DNA of 24,000 nt from Dickeya dianthicola NCPPB 453 (GTDB taxonomy: Bacteria; Pseudomonadota; Gammaproteobacteria; Enterobacterales; Enterobacteriaceae), in NCBI RefSeq assembly GCF_000365305.1, contig NZ_CM001841.1:3872934-3896933 (forward strand), read 5' to 3'. A program made the position numbers and the translations under genes. This document shows, one piece after another, positions 1 to 13,720 of this stretch. Positions within the stretch are counted from its first letter, which is position 1. Each line of letters opens with the position of its first letter. The notes beneath the pieces were generated by a model that was given only the letters and a program-made list of their open reading frames with translations, made no database searches and was not told the DNA's origin.

Positions 1-328
1 TCCAACGGGTGTCCAGTGAAATGCCGCCATGATCGTTGACGTCTTTTGGGTCGGCCCAGACTGCGTTGACCGGCACGCTCACCGCCAACGGACGACCGGC
101 GCGATCGCTTATCATGCCGCGAGCGGTCGGAACTTCCTGCACGCGCAGGGAACGCATGTCGCCCTCACGCACCAGCTTGTCGGGCGCGATCACCTGCAGG
201 TACGCCGCACGCAACATCAACCCCACCATGCACAACAGAATCCCGCCGCAAAGCAACGCAAAACGCCAGCTGACAAAGCTGGCATGTTCTTCCTGACGCT
301 TCAATTTTCCCGGTCGCGCTGCTCTCAT
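1..328 (-). CDS. ftsI: Peptidoglycan D,D-transpeptidase FtsI (PBP3), N-terminal ~109 codons; the gene runs off the left edge
   Basis: The reverse strand from the ATG (cat at 326-328) reads MRAARPGKLKRQEEHASFVSWRFALLCGGILL...LVREGDMRSLRVQEVPTARGMISDRAGRPLAVSVPVNAVWADPKDV. This closely parallels the E. coli FtsI N-terminus as I recall it (KRQEEHANFISWRFALLCG...EGDMRSLRVQ...RGMITDRSGRPLAVSVPV). It lies directly downstream of ftsL, as in the dcw cluster. It is absent from the ORF track because it is open at the window edge. Confidence 0.9.
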   Translation of the reverse strand, partial: MRAARPGKLKRQEEHASFVSWRFALLCGGILLCMVGLMLRAAYLQVIAPDKLVREGDMRSLRVQEVPTARGMISDRAGRPLAVSVPVNAVWADPKDVNDHGGISLDTRW

Positions 329-347
329 AATTTAGGCGATACCTAGT

Positions 348-671
348 TCATTGTTGTTTAACCACAATATTTTCCTGTGAAGGATCAACATGCACCATGT
401 GTAGTTTCTCGGTGGCGATCTGCTCGACGCGGCTGTGATCGCCCAGGGCATTCTCTTCCAGAATCAGGTTGCGCCACTCGATATCCAGCGCATCGCGTTC
501 CAGCAACAACCGCTCACGCTCCGCCGTCAGCAGACGCGTACGGTGCGCGGTGGTCACCACCAGAATGGCGGACACCGACACCGCTATCAGCAGCAACAGC
601 GGCAGCTTTCCGTGTCGCAGCAGATCATCGCCAATCACGCCGCCCAGCGAATGGCGTTCGTTGCCGATCAC
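348..671 (-). CDS. ftsL: Cell division protein FtsL
   Basis: The 107-aa track ORF contains [15 protein letters not shown]...[65 protein letters not shown], near-identical to remembered E. coli FtsL. Its start overlaps the rsmH stop by 4 nt (668-671). Confidence 0.92.
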   Translation of the reverse strand: MIGNERHSLGGVIGDDLLRHGKLPLLLLIAVSVSAILVVTTAHRTRLLTAERERLLLERDALDIEWRNLILEENALGDHSRVEQIATEKLHMVHVDPSQENIVVKQQ

Positions 672-1609
672 GACGGCAGTTTCTCGGCAAAGCGCAGCAC
701 CGAACTGCGCGCGCGCGGATTGTCCGCCACTTCGTCATCAGGCGGCATCATTTTGCCTACTGACTTGAGCGTCTGACCGCCCCGGCTGCGCAGTTGCTCT
801 TCCGTCAGCGGCAGACCAGCAGGCACCTGCGGCCCGCGGCTGTGATGGCGGATAAAGCGTTTCACAATCCGGTCCTCCAGCGAGTGGAAACTGATCACCG
901 ACAGGCGGCCTTCAGGCGCCAGCACCTGTAGTGCGCCGTCCAACGCCCGCTCGATCTCTTCCAGTTCGCTGTTGATATAGATACGAATGGCCTGAAAGGA
1001 ACGGGTCGCCGGGTGCTTGTATTTCTCCCGAATCGGGCTGGCGGCGGCAATCAGCTCCGCCAGCGCTTTGGTGCGGGTCAACGGGTCGATACGGTTACGC
1101 TCCACAATCGCGCGCGCGATACGTTTGGCAAAGCGCTCTTCGCCAAACGTTTTCAGCACCCAGGCGATGTCTTCCGCTTCCGCGTTCATCAGCCATTCCG
1201 CCGCCGACTGGCCCCGCGTAGGGTCCATACGCATGTCCAGCGGCCCGTCCCGCATAAAAGAAAATCCCCGTTCAGGATCGTCGAGCTGAGGCGAAGAGAC
1301 GCCCAAATCCAGCAGGATGCCGTCGATTTTGCCGCTCAGCCCACGCTCGTCGACATACTCAGCCAGTTCGGAAAACGGTCCGTGAATAATGGAAAAACGC
1401 GCATCATCAATGGTATTGGCGACGGCAACCGCCTGAGGATCGCGGTCGATGGCCAACAAACGGCCTTCCGGCCCAAGACGGGACAGAATGAGACGGGAAT
1501 GACCACCCCGGCCAAACGTACCGTCAATGTAGATACCGTTGCTGCGAATATTCAGGCCGTTGACGGCCTCATCCAGCAACACGGTGGTGTGTTTAAACGT
1601 TTCTGCCAT
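668..1609 (-). CDS. rsmH: 16S rRNA (cytosine1402-N4)-methyltransferase RsmH (MraW)
   Basis: The ORF is 313 aa, the same length as E. coli RsmH. It carries the N-terminal [10 protein letters not shown]...[18 protein letters not shown]-binding signature. It sits between mraZ and ftsL. Confidence 0.93.
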   Translation of the reverse strand: MAETFKHTTVLLDEAVNGLNIRSNGIYIDGTFGRGGHSRLILSRLGPEGRLLAIDRDPQAVAVANTIDDARFSIIHGPFSELAEYVDERGLSGKIDGILLDLGVSSPQLDDPERGFSFMRDGPLDMRMDPTRGQSAAEWLMNAEAEDIAWVLKTFGEERFAKRIARAIVERNRIDPLTRTKALAELIAAASPIREKYKHPATRSFQAIRIYINSELEEIERALDGALQVLAPEGRLSVISFHSLEDRIVKRFIRHHSRGPQVPAGLPLTEEQLRSRGGQTLKSVGKMMPPDDEVADNPRARSSVLRFAEKLPS

Positions 1610-1611
1610 GA

Positions 1612-2070
1612 CTATAGTGATAAATCCTGCAGCCGCTCAGATAGGGGCTCATGAGTCGACTGCTCAGCGTCAATATCTTCCTTGACTTGTCGATACCAGG
1701 TCTGTTCATCCCACAGTTCAAACTTGTTGAACTGGCCGACCAGCATCACTTCTTTTGTAAGACTCGCATGCTGCCGCAGCGTAGAGGCAATCAGTATCCT
1801 TCCGGCGTTATCCATCTGGCATTCGCTGGCATGCCCGAGTAGCAGGCGCTGAACGCGGCGTTCAGCAGGGTTCATACTCGACAGGCGGGAAAGTTTTTGC
1901 TCGATAATTTCCCATTCGGGTAGCAGGTAAAGCAGCAGGCAGGGCTGATGAAGGTCAATGGTGCATACCATTTGCCCTTGAGCTTCCTCGTTCAGTAAGT
2001 CCCGGTAACGGGTAGGAACGGCAAGCCGTCCTTTACTGTCGAGGTTGACCAGTGTCGCCCCACGAAACAT
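1612..2070 (-). CDS. mraZ: Transcriptional regulator MraZ
   Basis: The track ORF (1612..2115) has a 15-codon N-terminal extension. The internal ATG at 2070 gives [23 protein letters not shown]... and a 152-aa product, matching the E. coli MraZ start and length. Confidence 0.9.
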   Translation of the reverse strand: MFRGATLVNLDSKGRLAVPTRYRDLLNEEAQGQMVCTIDLHQPCLLLYLLPEWEIIEQKLSRLSSMNPAERRVQRLLLGHASECQMDNAGRILIASTLRQHASLTKEVMLVGQFNKFELWDEQTWYRQVKEDIDAEQSTHEPLSERLQDLSL

Positions 2071-2100
2071 GACAGTATTTAACCCTTCATGACCTTTTTC

Positions 2101-2125
2101 ACCACTTTGTCCCACAAATCCCCAC
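2101..2125 (-). promoter_or_regulatory. MraZ operator: three direct GTGGG/GTGGT repeats with exact 10-bp phasing
   Basis: The plus strand shows accac (2101-2105), cccac (2111-2115) and cccac (2121-2125). On the coding strand this reads GTGGGGatttGTGGGAcaaaGTGGTG, 31-55 nt upstream of the mraZ ATG. It matches the known TGGGN x3 / 10-bp-spacing MraZ box architecture of Pmra. Confidence 0.7.
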
Positions 2126-2132
2126 TATTGAG

Positions 2133-2162
2133 AGTTTACGGAGGGGATGAAAAGCTTGTCAA
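2133..2162 (-). promoter_or_regulatory. Candidate Pmra (dcw cluster) promoter
   Basis: The reverse strand reads TTGACA (2157-2162), an 18-nt spacer, then TAAACT (2133-2138). This lies immediately upstream of the MraZ boxes. The spacer is 1 nt longer than optimal. Confidence 0.5.
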
Positions 2163-2936
2163 GCCAGCACGGATGCGCCCGGGCATTATTTCCCGCCGAA
2201 TCAGAGAGCGAAAAAACCGCAAAAAAATCACCACGAAGAAATAATGAGGATTAACGCTGTGATTATTTAAGGAAAATTAATGGCTTTCGAGGAGGCGCAT
2301 AAAGATATAGAATTTTTCATTCGGTGCAATATTATTTTGTCTGTCACAGTTCGATACGCATTTCTTAAATTTTCATACGCTATCGAAGTATTTTTATCGA
2401 CTGATTTTTAAGCATTTTTAAAAGTCATTTTCCCTGCCGACAAAAAACATGACGAGTAAAATGAATTTATTGGACTCGGGATCTCATTTTTTTGACCTGA
2501 ACCACACTGTCGGTTACTTCAACTCGCGTTATCTATTCATGCCTGAAACATTAATCAGCTGTTTCATCTGCATCAAAAAGAATGACTGGGTTTATTTCCA
2601 GTATCGTTCACATTCACTTGCACTTTACCGTTCAGTAACCTTTTCATTTCAAACCACGCCGTTTTCTGCCGGCTTTTCCCCCTGTTGCCAGCATCTCATT
2701 AATTGATTGTTTTATATAAAATTAAATACCCGACCCGTGATAATCGAGTGAAAAAGACGATTTGCGACCATAAAGTTGCGTCATTGAACAAAAAACATTC
2801 AAAAATAAGTTTTTTACGCTAGTTAAAACACGATAAATAGTTATGTAAACTACGAATAAACCAATAAAACAAAACTAAACACCATAGAAGCACGCCAAAA
2901 GCAACGTTATTATCCTTTAGCATGGAGCCATACAAT

Positions 2937-3398
2937 ATGCTTTCCCCCGTTTCCCGCTTGCGTGGCATCGTTGCCGATACTGTTGCTATGGTGGTGTATT
3001 GCTTCCTGACCGGCATGGCAATTGAGATCCTGTTGTCCGACATGACCTTCCAGCAGTCGCTCTCTTCCCGACTGCTGTCGATTCCGGTCAATATCGTCAT
3101 TGCCTGGCCCTACGGCCTTTATCGCGATCGTATCGTCGCTCTGGCGTTACGCCTAATGCGGGATTTACGCTGGGGGAAAAATATGGCGGACCTGTTTGCC
3201 TATGTCAGTTTTCAGTCGCCGGTTTATGCCGCCATTTTGCTGACGATTGGCGCCGAACCATCGCAAATCTTGAAAGCGGTTGCCAGCAACGCGGTAATCT
3301 CCATGTTCATGGGGGTGGCGTACGGTTATTTTCTGGAATATTGCCGCCGCTTGTTTCGGGTCGGCGTTCCGGTTCGCCCGCAAATTGTCAGCCATTAA
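2937..3398 (+). CDS. alaE: L-alanine exporter AlaE (YgaW family)
   Basis: [41 protein letters not shown]...[16 protein letters not shown]...[11 protein letters not shown]...[12 protein letters not shown] parallels remembered E. coli AlaE (MFSPQSRLRHAVADTFAMVVYC...IPVNILIAWPYGMYRD...YGYFLDYCRRLF). I prefer the ATG at 2937 (GGAG at 2924-2927) over the track start at 2922, which has no SD. Confidence 0.85.
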   Translation: MLSPVSRLRGIVADTVAMVVYCFLTGMAIEILLSDMTFQQSLSSRLLSIPVNIVIAWPYGLYRDRIVALALRLMRDLRWGKNMADLFAYVSFQSPVYAAILLTIGAEPSQILKAVASNAVISMFMGVAYGYFLEYCRRLFRVGVPVRPQIVSH

Positions 3399-3510
3399 TC
3401 CTGATCAATAAACGGGCGTGGAATAAATATAAAAAAAACAACGGCGGGATAAAAATAGGAATTATCTGATGCGGCGCAGAACAGAAAATTATTCCAGCGC
3501 CACATCTTAT

Positions 3511-3578
3511 CGATCATAAACGGCTACCGATCATAAACAGCTACCGATCATAAACAGCTTACGATCAGAGACGGCTCA
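3511..3578. repeat. 17-bp tandem repeat x4 (cgatcataaacRgctac); the last diverged unit contains the cra stop codon
   Basis: The units are 3511-3527 cgatcataaacggctac, 3528-3544 cgatcataaacagctac, 3545-3561 cgatcataaacagctta and 3562-3578 cgatcagagacggctca. Each unit carries a GATC. Confidence 0.9.
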
Positions 3579-4569
3579 GAAAACCACGGCGGTAGAGATT
3601 GCGACGAATACGGTATAAACCCGGTTTCGGTTTTCGCGGCTCATCCAGACTCGCCAGCACCAGCTCCAGCACCCGCTCCGCCACCTCACGATGGCGCTGC
3701 GCCACCGCCAGCACCTGGCATTCCAGGAAATCCAGCAATTCATTATCGCCGAATGTGGCGATGGCCAAATTGTTCGGCAGGCGCCCGCTCTGCCTGAGCG
3801 TCACGTCCATCACCCCTTGCAGCAGCGGGAACGAGGTAGTAAACAACGCCTGCGGCATCGGGTGGGTTTTCAGGTATTCTTCAAACACCGCCGCCGCCGC
3901 GCTGCGCTCATAGCTGTTGGCATAGATGTAATTCACCTGACGCGGATCTTCCTCCCAGGCACGCCGGAATCCCTGCTCACGCAGGAAACTGACCGACAAC
4001 TCCGGCAGCGCGCCGAGGTACATCACCGATTCCGCCGGCACCTTGCGCAGCTCCTGCGCCAGCATTTCCGCATCTTCCATGTCCGCCCCGACCACGCTGG
4101 TGAAATGCTCGCGATCCAACGCCCGATCGAGCGCGATCACCGGCAGCGGATCATTGGCCCAGCGCTGGTAAAACGGATGTTCCGGCGGCAGCGCCGTCGA
4201 GACGATAATCGCATCCACCTGACGCTGCAGCAGATGTTCAATACAACGCATCTCGTTATCGGGTTGATCTTCAGAACAGGCGATCAGCAATTGATAACCG
4301 CGCTGACGAGCCTGACGCTCCAGATAATTGGCGATACGGGTATAACTGGTGTTTTCCAGGTCCGGAATGACCAGCCCGATGGAGCGGGTGCGCCCAGCGC
4401 GCAGACCGGCTGCGACAGCGTTCGGATGGTAGTTGTGCTCCCTCACTACCGCCATCACTTTCTCAACGGTCTTATCGCTGACGCGATATTGTTTCGCCTT
4501 ACCATTAATAACGTAACTGGCCGTTGTACGCGAAACCCCAGCAAGACGCGCGATTTCATCCAGTTTCAC
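3565..4569 (-). CDS. cra: Catabolite repressor/activator Cra (FruR), LacI family
   Basis: [123 protein letters not shown] is essentially identical to remembered E. coli Cra. The track starts at a TTG (4575). The GTG at 4569 (AAGGGG 6 nt upstream) reproduces the E. coli GTG start and 334-aa length. Confidence 0.93.
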   Translation of the reverse strand: MKLDEIARLAGVSRTTASYVINGKAKQYRVSDKTVEKVMAVVREHNYHPNAVAAGLRAGRTRSIGLVIPDLENTSYTRIANYLERQARQRGYQLLIACSEDQPDNEMRCIEHLLQRQVDAIIVSTALPPEHPFYQRWANDPLPVIALDRALDREHFTSVVGADMEDAEMLAQELRKVPAESVMYLGALPELSVSFLREQGFRRAWEEDPRQVNYIYANSYERSAAAAVFEEYLKTHPMPQALFTTSFPLLQGVMDVTLRQSGRLPNNLAIATFGDNELLDFLECQVLAVAQRHREVAERVLELVLASLDEPRKPKPGLYRIRRNLYRRGFLSRL

Positions 4570-4704
4570 TGGCAACCCCTTAATAAGCCGGACAAAAAAT
4601 AAAGAATGGAACGATAACCATGAATTAACCGTGGATATGATACCGATCTAAGCGCAGAAAACACTGACGGGCAACCGCTTTTATTATTTACTTCAATCAG
4701 GATC

Positions 4705-4730
4705 AGAAAAGCCCGGCGTCATGGCCGGGC
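4705..4730 (-). terminator. Candidate intrinsic terminator of ilvIH
   Basis: A 7-bp GC stem (gcccggc / gccgggc, 4711-4730, 6-nt loop) reads on the minus strand as a hairpin followed by TTTTCTGAT. It lies ~83 nt after the ilvH stop. Confidence 0.6.
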
Positions 4731-4812
4731 CAGATATTACCACCAGAAAAGCCAGTATTGCTGTATGAAAATCAGCAAACCATCAGACAATCGGCAGAAT
4801 TTCAGCACGACT

Positions 4813-5304
4813 TCAGCGCATGATGCGTTCACCGCGCGATACGCCCACGATACCGGAGCGCGCCACTTCAACAATTTCAGCCACTTCGCGCACACTGTTG
4901 AGAAACGCGTCCAGCTTCTCGCTGCTGCCCGCCAGTTGCACGGTATACAGCGATGCGGTGACATCGACGATCTGTCCGCGGAAGATTTCCGCGCTGCGCT
5001 TGACCTCTTCACGGCCGTAACCGGTGGCCTGTAGCTTGACCAACATCAGCTCGCGTTCAACGTAAGCCCCTTGTCCCAGCTCGCTGACCCGCAACACGTC
5101 CACCAGCTTGTGCAGCTGTTTTTCAATCTGTTCCAGCACCTTCTCGTCGCCCACCGTCTGGATGGTCATCCGCGACAGCGTTGGGTCGTCCGTCGGGGCG
5201 ACGGTCAGGCTTTCAATGTTGTAACCGCGTTGAGAAAACAAGCCGATCACGCGCGACAGAGCACCCGATTCGTTCTCCAGCAATACCGACAAAATACGAC
5301 GCAT
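4813..5304 (-). CDS. ilvH: Acetolactate synthase III small (regulatory) subunit
   Basis: From the internal ATG at 5304 the sequence reads [78 protein letters not shown]..., 163 aa, matching remembered E. coli IlvH almost residue for residue. The track's 10-codon extension overlaps ilvI. Confidence 0.93.
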   Translation of the reverse strand: MRRILSVLLENESGALSRVIGLFSQRGYNIESLTVAPTDDPTLSRMTIQTVGDEKVLEQIEKQLHKLVDVLRVSELGQGAYVERELMLVKLQATGYGREEVKRSAEIFRGQIVDVTASLYTVQLAGSSEKLDAFLNSVREVAEIVEVARSGIVGVSRGERIMR

Positions 5305-5306
5305 GA

Positions 5307-7025
5307 TCAGGTCCTCTCCGTTTTGCTTAGCCACATCTCATCCATCCCGCCGCCGCGGATCTGCATCGGATAGACGTGCTCGCTGCTGTCCACCCGCACA
5401 TCAACAAACACCAGACGATTTTTCTGTTCCAGCGCCGTTTTCAGCTTCGGCTCCAGCTCATCTGGGGTATCAATGGTGATGCCGACGTGACCATAGGCCT
5501 CCGCCAGTTTGACGAAATCCGGCAGGGATTCCATGTAGGAACTGGAGTGACGGCCGGAGTAGATCATGTCCTGCCACTGTTTCACCATGCCGAGGAAGCG
5601 GTTGTTGAGGCTGACCACCACAATCGGCAGGTCGTACTGCAACGCGGTGGACAACTCCTGAATATTCATCTGGATACTGCCGTCGCCGGTAACGCAGATG
5701 ACCGTTTCCTGCGGCAGCGCCAGCTTGATGCCGAGCGCAGCGGGCAGGCCGAAACCCATAGTGCCCAGACCACCGGAGTTGACCCAGCGGCGCGGCAAAT
5801 CAAACGGGTAGTACAGCGCGGCGAACATCTGGTGCTGCCCCACGTCGGATGCCACGTAAGCCTTGCCTTCCGTCAGACGGTGCAGGGTTTCGATCACCGC
5901 CTGCGGTTTGATGGCGTCGCCGTCGGTGTTGTATTTCAGGCACTGACGCGCGCGCCACTGTTCGATGCGCAGCCACCAGTCGCGCATCGCGTCGAATTGC
6001 TGCTGCGCATCCCCCTGTGCCAGCAGTTCCAGCATCAGGCTAAGCACCTGACGGGCATCGCCGACGATCGGGATATCCGCCGCCACGGTTTTGGAGATCG
6101 ACGTCGGGTCGATATCGATATGCAAAATGGACGCGTTCGGGCAGTACTTGGCCAGGTTATTGGTGGTGCGGTCGTCAAACCGCACCCCAACGGCAAAAAT
6201 CACATCGGCATTGTGCATCGCCATATTGGCTTCATACGTGCCGTGCATGCCAAGCATGCCCAGACTCTGGCGATGCGTGCCCGGAAAACCGCCCAGCCCC
6301 ATCAGCGAACTCACCACCGGCAGGTTGAGTTTTTCCGCCAGTTCGCGCAGTTCCTGATGACAATTGGCGTTGACAACGCCGCCGCCGCTGTAAATCACCG
6401 GACGCTCGGCGGCCAGCAACGTTTGCAACGCACGTTTGATTTGGCCCTTATGTCCCTGCACCGTCGGATTGTAGGAGCGCAGGCTGACCTGATCGGGATA
6501 GGCATAAGGCAGTTTTTTGGCCGGGCTGAGAATATCTTTCGGCAAATCCACCACAACCGGACCGGGGCGGCCGGTAGACGCGAGATAGAAGGCTTTTTTC
6601 AGCACGGTGGGAATGTCTTCGGTCTGTTTGACCAGATAGCTGTGCTTCACCACCGGGCGGGAAATCCCCACCATGTCGCATTCCTGAAAGGCGTCATACC
6701 CAATCAGCGAAGTCGCGACCTGACCGGAAATCACCACCAGCGGAATGGAATCCATATACGCCGTGGCGATGCCGGTAATGGCGTTGGTGGCGCCCGGACC
6801 GGAGGTGACCAGCACCACGCCCACTTCGCCGGTCGCTCTGGCATAGCCGTCGGCCATATGTACCGCGCCCTGCTCGTGGCGCACCAGAATGTGTTCTATG
6901 CCGCCGACGGTGTGCAGCGCATCATAAATATCCAGCACCGCGCCGCCCGGATAGCCGAACACATGTTTTACGCCCTGATCGATCAGCGATCGAATCACCA
7001 TCTCGGCGCCTGACAACATCTCCAT
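5307..7025 (-). CDS. ilvI: Acetolactate synthase III large (catalytic, TPP-dependent) subunit
   Basis: The 572-aa ORF begins [37 protein letters not shown]...[51 protein letters not shown] and ends ...[23 protein letters not shown]. It is collinear with remembered E. coli IlvI. Confidence 0.95.
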   Translation of the reverse strand: MEMLSGAEMVIRSLIDQGVKHVFGYPGGAVLDIYDALHTVGGIEHILVRHEQGAVHMADGYARATGEVGVVLVTSGPGATNAITGIATAYMDSIPLVVISGQVATSLIGYDAFQECDMVGISRPVVKHSYLVKQTEDIPTVLKKAFYLASTGRPGPVVVDLPKDILSPAKKLPYAYPDQVSLRSYNPTVQGHKGQIKRALQTLLAAERPVIYSGGGVVNANCHQELRELAEKLNLPVVSSLMGLGGFPGTHRQSLGMLGMHGTYEANMAMHNADVIFAVGVRFDDRTTNNLAKYCPNASILHIDIDPTSISKTVAADIPIVGDARQVLSLMLELLAQGDAQQQFDAMRDWWLRIEQWRARQCLKYNTDGDAIKPQAVIETLHRLTEGKAYVASDVGQHQMFAALYYPFDLPRRWVNSGGLGTMGFGLPAALGIKLALPQETVICVTGDGSIQMNIQELSTALQYDLPIVVVSLNNRFLGMVKQWQDMIYSGRHSSSYMESLPDFVKLAEAYGHVGITIDTPDELEPKLKTALEQKNRLVFVDVRVDSSEHVYPMQIRGGGMDEMWLSKTERT

Positions 7026-7305
7026 GGGTTTGCCTCTTATTGTTCAGTAGCGAATTGTTCAAATAGCGGGTCGCTTCTGTATTGACAGGGAACACCCCGT
7101 GCTCATTGAGACGGTATCCGGCGAATGAAGAAGTACGGGGTGGATTCGATTTTCAATCACACGCCGACCCATCACCGAACACCGCCCGGGTTTTTACATA
7201 TAACTTATTAACATAACGCCGGATTATGAAGCAGGCAAACGCCGCGCCGAAGCGGGGAATGACGCGATCATGGTAAATCAACTGTTAAAAGAGAGAGCGG
7301 AGAGA

Positions 7306-7333
7306 TAAAACGCTGGGGAGTGACCACAGCGTT
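7306..7333 (-). terminator. Weak candidate terminator after the acyl-CoA synthetase gene
   Basis: The stem is aacgctg / cagcgtt (7309-7315 and 7327-7333) with an 11-nt loop. On the minus strand it is followed by only TTTTAT. The loop is large and the U-tract short. Confidence 0.3.
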
Positions 7334-7423
7334 AAAAAATATCCCGCCGTGGTCAGGCATTACAGAGTGAAATATTGACGATAAAATTGCGATGCGACGC
7401 GGCGATTGCCATCGAAACGTCTG

Positions 7424-9229
7424 CTAGTCGGTATACATGGCCTCAATTTCCAGCTGATAACGCTGATGAATGACCTTCCGGCGGAGTTTTAATGTCGGGG
7501 TCAGTTCACCTTCTTCCTGGCTAAACGGTGCCGGCAACAGGGTGAATTTCTTCACTTGTTCGAAGCGGGCGAACTCTTTTTGCACATCACGCAACCGCTG
7601 TTCGAACAGCGACAGAATATGGCTGTGACGCAGCAGATCCAGCCGATCCTGATAGCCCAGATTGATCGAACGGGCATACTCCTCCAGCGCCTCAAAGCAG
7701 GGAACGATCAACGCGGAGACGTATTTGCGGGCGTCGGCGATCACCGCCACCTGCTCAATGAAGCGATCCTGCCCCAGCGCGCCTTCCAGATGCTGCGGCG
7801 CAATGTATTTGCCGCCCGAGGTTTTCATCAGGTCCTTAAGGCGTTCGGTGATGAACAGGTTGCCATTGGCGTCCATTTCGCCCACATCGCCGGTTTTGAA
7901 CCAGCCATCTGGCGTAAAGGCGGCCTCCGTCTCTTGTGGGCGGCGATAGTAGCCGCGCATCACGGTAGCGCCGCGCACCTGGATTTCATTTTGTTCGCCA
8001 ATACGCACGTCGATGCCCGGCAACGGCGTCCCGACCGACCCGAGCCGATAGTGGTCGTCTTCCCAGCAAGACACGGTGGCGCAGGTTTCGGTCAGGCCGT
8101 AGCCATACACGATGCGAACGCCCATTGCCTGAAAGAAGGCGATGATATTGTCATCCAGACGCGCGCCCGCCGCCGGCAGAAAACGCACCTTTCCGCCCAG
8201 CAACTGACGCAGGCGCGACAACACCAGCCGATCGGCAAGACGGTACGTCAGCGCGTTCCATACCCCGGTGCGTTTCCCGTCCTGCCGGCGTAAACACCGT
8301 TTATTGCCTTGCGCGATCCCCCAGTGAAACAACGTGCGCCGGTGCCACGGCGCCTGCGCGACCTTTTCATGGATGGCGCTGAACACTTTCTCGTAGAAAC
8401 GCGGCACCGCACACATTACGGTCGGGCTGACCGCCGCCATCGCCTCACGCACCTGATTGGTGTCGCGCAGGTACACGTTCTGCGCGCCGCGGTGCATGAT
8501 AAAGAAGCTCCAGGCGCGTTCGAAGACGTGCGATAGCGGCAGAAAGCACAGCGATACGTCCTGCTCGCTGGTCTGCAGCCGCTCATCATGCAGCTTCAGT
8601 AGGGTCGCCATGTTGGCGTAATCCAACATGACCCCTTTGGGCTCGCCGGTGGTGCCGGAGGTATAGATCAACGTCAGCAGATCGCTCAAATCCCGATCGG
8701 CCACCCGTTGGCGCAGCACCGCCTCCCACACCGACAACTCCGCCTGCGCTTCAAATTCCTGCAGCGATACCGCAATATCGCAACCGCGGCGGCGAATCTG
8801 CTCATCCAGCAAAATGATGGCGCGCAGTTGCGGACAGCTGTCGCGCAGCGACATCAGCAGATCAAACTGCGCCTGACCGCCGACAAAAACGGTGCGAATA
8901 TCCGCGTCATTCAGAATAAACGTCGCCTGTGCCGCCGCGCTGGTGGCATAGAGCGGTACGGTAATCGCCCGCAGGTGCAGCAGCGCCAGATCCGCCAGCG
9001 ACCAGGTAATGGCGTTGTCGGAAAAAATCGCCACCCGTTCCTGGACATCAATGCCCAGCCCCAGCAGGCCGCAGGCGATGCGGCGGATACGCTCGCCCAC
9101 CTGATGCCAGTCGAGCTGCTGTTCCTGTTCGGGCGACCATTCACGAAACGCCAGCGCGTCAGGACGTTGAGCAATCTGCTGCTGAATGCGGTGAACCAGA
9201 TGGTATTGCGAGAGTGAATTCGTCTTCAT
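7424..9229 (-). CDS. AMP-dependent (long-chain-type) acyl-CoA synthetase/ligase, ANL superfamily
   Basis: The 601-aa ORF carries the canonical adenylate-forming core motif LIYTSGTTGEPKGVML, then YGLTET, and later GWFKTGDVGEMDANGNLFITERLKDLMKTSGGKYIAPQ. Its size and the C-terminal ...LTPTLKLRRKV resemble the ~600-aa FadD-like/'long-chain-fatty-acid--CoA ligase' group. The substrate cannot be inferred from sequence alone. Confidence 0.8.
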   Translation of the reverse strand: MKTNSLSQYHLVHRIQQQIAQRPDALAFREWSPEQEQQLDWHQVGERIRRIACGLLGLGIDVQERVAIFSDNAITWSLADLALLHLRAITVPLYATSAAAQATFILNDADIRTVFVGGQAQFDLLMSLRDSCPQLRAIILLDEQIRRRGCDIAVSLQEFEAQAELSVWEAVLRQRVADRDLSDLLTLIYTSGTTGEPKGVMLDYANMATLLKLHDERLQTSEQDVSLCFLPLSHVFERAWSFFIMHRGAQNVYLRDTNQVREAMAAVSPTVMCAVPRFYEKVFSAIHEKVAQAPWHRRTLFHWGIAQGNKRCLRRQDGKRTGVWNALTYRLADRLVLSRLRQLLGGKVRFLPAAGARLDDNIIAFFQAMGVRIVYGYGLTETCATVSCWEDDHYRLGSVGTPLPGIDVRIGEQNEIQVRGATVMRGYYRRPQETEAAFTPDGWFKTGDVGEMDANGNLFITERLKDLMKTSGGKYIAPQHLEGALGQDRFIEQVAVIADARKYVSALIVPCFEALEEYARSINLGYQDRLDLLRHSHILSLFEQRLRDVQKEFARFEQVKKFTLLPAPFSQEEGELTPTLKLRRKVIHQRYQLEIEAMYTD

Positions 9230-9387
9230 GCGCGTGCGGGCCTGGCAATCTCAAAAATATAGGCGGAAAAATCGGGCAGGCAGTCTACCGCGCCCATCAA
9301 CGGCGTCAAAGCGCTTTCCATTGATTTTCGGCCGGGAATGTGACGGATAAAACACACCCGATGCGGCTACCGTATGCGATCCCGTGG

Positions 9388-9416
9388 TTGACATCAATGC
9401 GGGAATCAAGTACCAA
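9388..9416 (+). promoter_or_regulatory. Candidate leu operon promoter
   Basis: TTGACA (9388-9393), a 17-nt spacer, then TACCAA (9411-9416), ~45 nt upstream of the leuL ATG. The -35 is perfect but the -10 is poor (3/6). Confidence 0.3.
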
Positions 9417-9461
9417 TAAAAGCAGAACTGAATTTTTCACTCATTTGGATAACGAAACAGC

Positions 9462-9545
9462 ATGTTTAACGTCGCTCAACTACCAGGCCTACTACTAAAC
9501 GCATCTCATGTGCGCGGTATGCCGGTGGGCGAAGTCCAGAGCTGA
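9462..9545 (+). CDS. leuL: leu operon leader peptide (27 aa: MFNVAQLPGLLLNASHVRGMPVGEVQS)
   Basis: The ORF is below the track threshold. All four Leu codons are the rare CTA, three of them consecutive (9489-9497). The ...GLLL(L)NA..VRG.PVGG... pattern matches remembered E. coli LeuL (MSHIVRFTGLLLLNAFIVRGRPVGGIQH). It is followed by an intrinsic terminator before leuA. Confidence 0.85.
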   Translation: MFNVAQLPGLLLNASHVRGMPVGEVQS

Positions 9546-9570
9546 TTTCACGTCACACCTCATATAAAAA

Positions 9571-9597
9571 CCCGCGCCTTGCGCGGGTTTTTTTTTA
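9571..9597 (+). terminator. leu attenuator (leader terminator)
   Basis: The hairpin cccgcgc-ctt-gcgcggg (9571-9587) is followed by T9 (9588-9596). It lies 26 nt after the leuL stop and 43 nt before the leuA ATG. Confidence 0.85.
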
Positions 9598-9639
9598 CTC
9601 GCCGGGCGCCCAGGCAAACAGAACAAAGGAACCAGACCG

Positions 9640-13708
<4,069 letters not shown>

Positions 13709-13720
13709 GAGAGGCAATTC

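Noticed and set aside
29-346. 105-aa and 86-aa plus-strand ORFs at the left edge
   Set aside because: They are antisense to the clearly recognisable ftsI N-terminus on the minus strand. They have no SD and no family resemblance.
1612-2115. Longer N-terminal versions of mraZ, ilvH (to 5334), alaE (2922), cra (4575), thiB (19618), thiP (20703) and thiQ (22288) as given by the ORF track
   Set aside because: The track takes the most upstream ATG/GTG/TTG. Homolog N-termini, SD positions and exact length matches favour the internal starts reported in the features. The thiB extension would run through the TPP riboswitch.
2449-2706. 85-aa ORF in the AT-rich spacer
   Set aside because: There is no SD before the ATG (caaaaaacATG). 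The composition is odd (Phe/Ser/Cys-rich) and I recognise no motif. It is probably a chance ORF.
2819-3100. 93-aa minus-strand ORF overlapping the alaE start
   Set aside because: It overlaps the well-supported alaE on the opposite strand and extends into AT-rich DNA without an SD.
7026-7423. Small ORFs (e.g. a 26-codon plus-strand MKKYGVDSIF..., a 15-codon minus-strand MIASFPAS...) and hairpins in the ilvIH upstream region
   Set aside because: They have no SD sequences and no leader-peptide-like codon bias (ilvIH is not attenuator-controlled in E. coli). They were most likely found by chance while scanning.
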